From: a virus
Length of the DNA: 64,000 nt
Direction: 5' to 3' (one strand)
Virus record (IMG/VR): IMGVR_UViG_3300009285_000003
Span: 1 to 64,000 of that record
Made by a program: the position numbers and the translations under genes. Below are positions 63,801 to 64,000 of the stretch, in pieces. Numbering within the stretch: the stretch's first letter is position 1; each line of letters starts with the position of its first letter. Below the pieces are notes generated by a model. The model was not told where the DNA came from, ran no database searches, and saw only the letters and a list, made by a program, of their open reading frames with translations.

Positions 63801-63946
63801 GGGAGCGAAAAGCCTTCATTGGAGATGAACGTAATCAACTGTTCTATGATTGGTTCTGGAATAATCCTGTATACAAGCCTTATCTCCAGGACATAATTCC
63901 AGAGATAGATGAGGCTACTTCACTTCCAGGAATCAGCGTTAAGTAA
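54845..63946 (+). CDS. giant virion-associated protein with lytic transglycosylase and M23 peptidase domains (ejection/internal-virion type)
   Basis: ORF track, 3033 aa in a single uninterrupted frame. Confidence 0.8.
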   Translation: MAVKKKPLFGGFNLTPIELPKTNALGLPLPINQATIPALAPPRKRPKRERVKISRGRTSRSQPARSQPARLDTTPPPVPPVVTPVPKPEPMRIQRQESNPRIAKQVGRTTNDYRSSVVRNLKYQTGDTKFTTTDLGVSLPSTKRDKLSRTEAFSPVTWAQKFPEANAANITNFLAIRGYPASSIADAAKYIAGQGHLTAFEKYTMAEQWSKSKEFADPEATQEQEIINNSPIKFNDSRATKWVASVSSIAAGPTGGINSADMPDFLRMALAIIMQESNGDEKSSNVNPATGDDSHGLLQINLAGGQGIQVLEWFKGEADPRAAAIAWLEDPNNNLSLGLGPIAKAYLALKKQPDADKMSDQSRLAFVLANSGHPREDGNIEAIPLTSRIAFATWYERLGAPVGDIATRSSTTIDYSWKDIPQTLEFGSKEPPYENNPEGHLGTDWAVPWNTPLEAVVPGIVSVAGPNGGYGNMVEITFKMGDSEYKMRYAHLNSIAVEVGQEVTAGQNIGASGNTGYVVGTADPEHPGAHLHLELRKDGVPTDPLEFLNMGTIESTSMQPTLLNDVVDNWWNRALNAATLEAGKPPEAASPAVLDVAVGLEEAAGSPGDIPKESQFLLDVETEDPYKMEEYRKQLGSFVTPISEEDIDRILTETVKRPITPKEREQIKATILNGDEELRTYAFNAYDLFIRNKIREQMDSPGESLVGDFLGETSNVAEGLAATVFGPYAHFGTELRKKAGLPDVGALNLLLSIPAVIAAPLIMGVAPLAAPVAGLAGYVVPQTVDNPYLFDPEKSIPENWERNKEQYTKENLGEFVDWGPLHISPQTISYEMFHIENVVPAKWFAAPAQAMISKTRGFGERFLSGGRTATWYKRQAGTETWQKLGKILATVYPDRDLRSIQGHEVLALIDGSAPKELLDLVPPGLLDDVASIIIKPPRPGDKDIAILARSLGVSTPHYWHPLERAAIGNDLDNVLFDLAKKMDNVQKSYKGGGLGAGLKEELDKARSNAVLRIANTVSRGSMDDVTEAQFNYINDWVESKLRSSLKGSLTTAAESGGKAIVLPGAMGRATDIMAAVKRHTETVWDEIWLKHKSKIAQERNKVVQGMTDLGWNMSLKKAWTTAMEPFNVHHTRMILGFPGFPMGNVLEAQVNNAVYAGKNALKFGATDHTATDSLIELITSENLLPDLKGFLPSGLMIDQSADLVKRKAVAQAYYDALKTTGRYQELAKLLEVIANPDLDTSQKVWLNLKRRKKALKEGDIKEALFPQKRAPSETGLMAVPEALEEKVASRKGVFKEPGIKSGLETVFTGIEHATTASIWHKVNDVFGRRLRARFILESYHKELRKLAKEGLVAPSTLRSLLLREGLEEMPTGLPKWAKKQLAEYVRQNVGKVGAEDLFRNLDSFVSEGKILKSKLNEYISQKAPYMPEKVKQRFYSFSRARGTITRKELDDFIETELRPMMSSELLAQDLFLMPEYVQEAKVMVDTWNKRLGEPKTVTELLDYAKALEKYGDWIADFPGRINREGARYAARGDRASAELMWTELTKHVDDIKQLATTHRNLLEQVTGALRKEELHQYANQVDLQAELSAKIAEYWRLDREAIAGLKDKYGPEAFKYRDEWVTARSAVWDQFDVEMKTWKGKRVDPLVYAREVIDALKRQADQDGKMIPTLRELYRQAEKRGVLTPKETMASINQNFPGLYDRIFPKRNQMEKLLITENLDPNNKAKLADELGKMWRGEGDLSAYHAMEDRFQGTRDIGTVAESLHRKYRPKSIDDTPLVDIAYTDQGRLTEIGIELRTLSPNSIEAEIFDTVTKLEKKAKGEYTVKLTQGDVAYLKARGVDVTTLPGYRPGPTLSQPDLDSIRWKLGSGEPLGLPPTETIPTGPSLTERLTGTPGEPPPATMAETIPAEAVLPETPTSPLPDNFVALQGKISKITNKATGDQLDSMVSKFEDYISSLAPDSMVDNVVGDSADDLQRSLADIIDSVEERLGDRSDAVLESRLETLNDLNERLDSVISDLSDLTPETVMRTPVSEPLYVGPVAKSWKVEKDGQIIQGGFPTRQEAVDSVRDRGSGFTVRPEEWTSAPEPAPAEIPKVAVGPEVSDAAYGLEVLAPDPRSPNRGWRVQQRNSGEVADGFANEQEALQYIENVRGTESAVFPEIPPVEVIGPPPKLPASREAAVGPEVSDAATVSIPPQEVPITWPTEPGTSLLGTKLAKVVRTRRSDLLTAIKKIQNTISDENITNSKMFFDAPLEQLKVPTLDAPFGERLAYFIRLKHDKELASGLEQAGDILTFNRLKTVDGKVDEFMQEMHSAIEQVTKQPISDPKLKGELKAYGNRLADMQNKLTDAERNQLSTMKRKAFKNSLENVSRAYTNYSDGYALDMAMSKVFPWWQYASRAPLRTVELYTRTPFLLRGTLKFLETAEEGGYVPVPGNLGWAFAPAQGTQFSRPFQTLSNLVNRGIGWPKYGGVLGQAEQVVNAFQASGAYSPMMSNLISLGAAASDRDLKLGMDSYFGSTALQMLGDGASALTNRIPRFGIAKPAADLYNDVLEVLGDPYGEMKILMYYSRRGYSPSTVEAALTLNMNIIAREDGSGRVDPKILRQQAEDYNREVNFFFDMFGNVKSTDPGIKEFKKTLQGYLVKAIMTDPTLYKAWKAGNINPFTMNPKDILKMLPPALRRRVEDLPYGYIYDNANYSSVFNAPNTRERQQNMNAYFYWEQLERDRMLIEQSSDDAALAAGIKSAGGQGGIDHQTWMDQRKSRMEQFRGAQDAQRERLGVPATSAEWDRYNEQNGGTREELHPIRRAIDDYYSIAPNAVTKQYYTPDGQVDWAAIQDDRDALINSLPEAEAQAVLDEIQKYMTPTEKDFIRAIRQFQDFNELPRYEIPKGFPLKEGRVEEYLNDRETYSKITKNWKEHNGEWNKLSKDDQRDLVGGSIFYDKWGNEVSADQEWVKEVKVRGLLFKWRSFDPITGNWKNLLNNPPDSSRERKAFIGDERNQLFYDWFWNNPVYKPYLQDIIPEIDEATSLPGISVK
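55630..55900 (+). other. SLT-like lytic transglycosylase domain
   Basis: LALAIIMQESNGDEKS...HGLLQINL. Confidence 0.65.
56150..56480 (+). other. M23 (LytM-type) metallopeptidase domain
   Basis: HLGTDWAVP...GGYGNMVEI...YAHLNS...GASGNTG...GAHLHLELR. Confidence 0.7.
61382..61425 (+). repeat. dispersed element copy 6 (inside the giant gene)
   Basis: GGTCAGCATCCCTC lies at 61411-61424. It is translated as ...GPEVSDAATVSIPPQ... Confidence 0.8.
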
Positions 63947-63991
63947 CTATGTTAGAATCATATATAGAAAGGCAAAGGAGGAATTTGACCG

Positions 63992-64000
63992 ATGGCAGAA
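63992..64000 (+). CDS. start of the next ORF (partial, leaves the window)
   Basis: ATGGCAGAA is preceded by AAAGGAGGAATTTGACCG. Confidence 0.35.

Noticed and set aside
54845-63946. The giant virion protein as an N4-like or crAss-like virion RNA polymerase, which could have explained the dispersed element as its promoter.
   Set aside because: I could not find a DxDGD-type or T7-like polymerase motif by eye. The only recognisable domains are SLT and M23. This remains untested rather than disproved.
1-64000. CRISPR arrays, tRNA genes, rRNA genes, integrase/att sites and transposases.
   Set aside because: I saw no regularly spaced direct repeats, no GGTTCGAATCC-type T-arm in any intergenic gap, and no recombinase-like ORF. 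This check was visual only; tRNAscan or an equivalent should confirm it.

Overview
This window is most of a tailed dsDNA phage genome, about 45% G+C by eye. I saw no rRNA, tRNA or CRISPR array.

Layout:
- 1-14068 (+): a glycosyltransferase cluster, tail and tail-fibre genes, a lysis cassette and small genes.
- 14071-40249 (-): a four-gene cassette, then a long replication/early block. It holds an ERCC4-type nuclease, an AAA_24 ATPase, a Cas4-like nuclease, an SSB-like protein, an XPD/DinG-like helicase, family A DNA polymerase, family 4 UDG, a class II-like RNR and many tiny zinc-ribbon ORFs.
- 40250-42320: a divergent control region carrying a G+C-rich inserted cassette, iteron-like repeats and A+T-rich palindromes.
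- 42323-64000 (+): HNH endonuclease, four minus-strand genes, small basic proteins, terminase, portal, two low-complexity proteins and a 3033-aa virion protein with lytic transglycosylase and M23 peptidase domains.

Main observations:
1. A 35-50 nt element with an invariant 14-mer (GGTCAGCATCCCTC) occurs six times across the window. Five copies point the same way as local transcription. Four sit in frame inside unrelated ORFs, where they are read as VS[DES]xx[TSM]VSIP. I cannot assign it to any known element class.
2. There are two inteins: an HNH-type intein inside a glycosyltransferase and a LAGLIDADG-type intein inside DNA polymerase.
3. At least five sharply G+C-rich mosaic patches are present, including the tail-fibre tip and a cassette in the control region.
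4. A GH25-like domain related to the phage's own endolysin is embedded in the tail fibre.
5. A 52-nt dyad-symmetric element occurs twice, each time upstream of a gene.

All calls come from reading the sequence and ORF track by eye. No database search was run.
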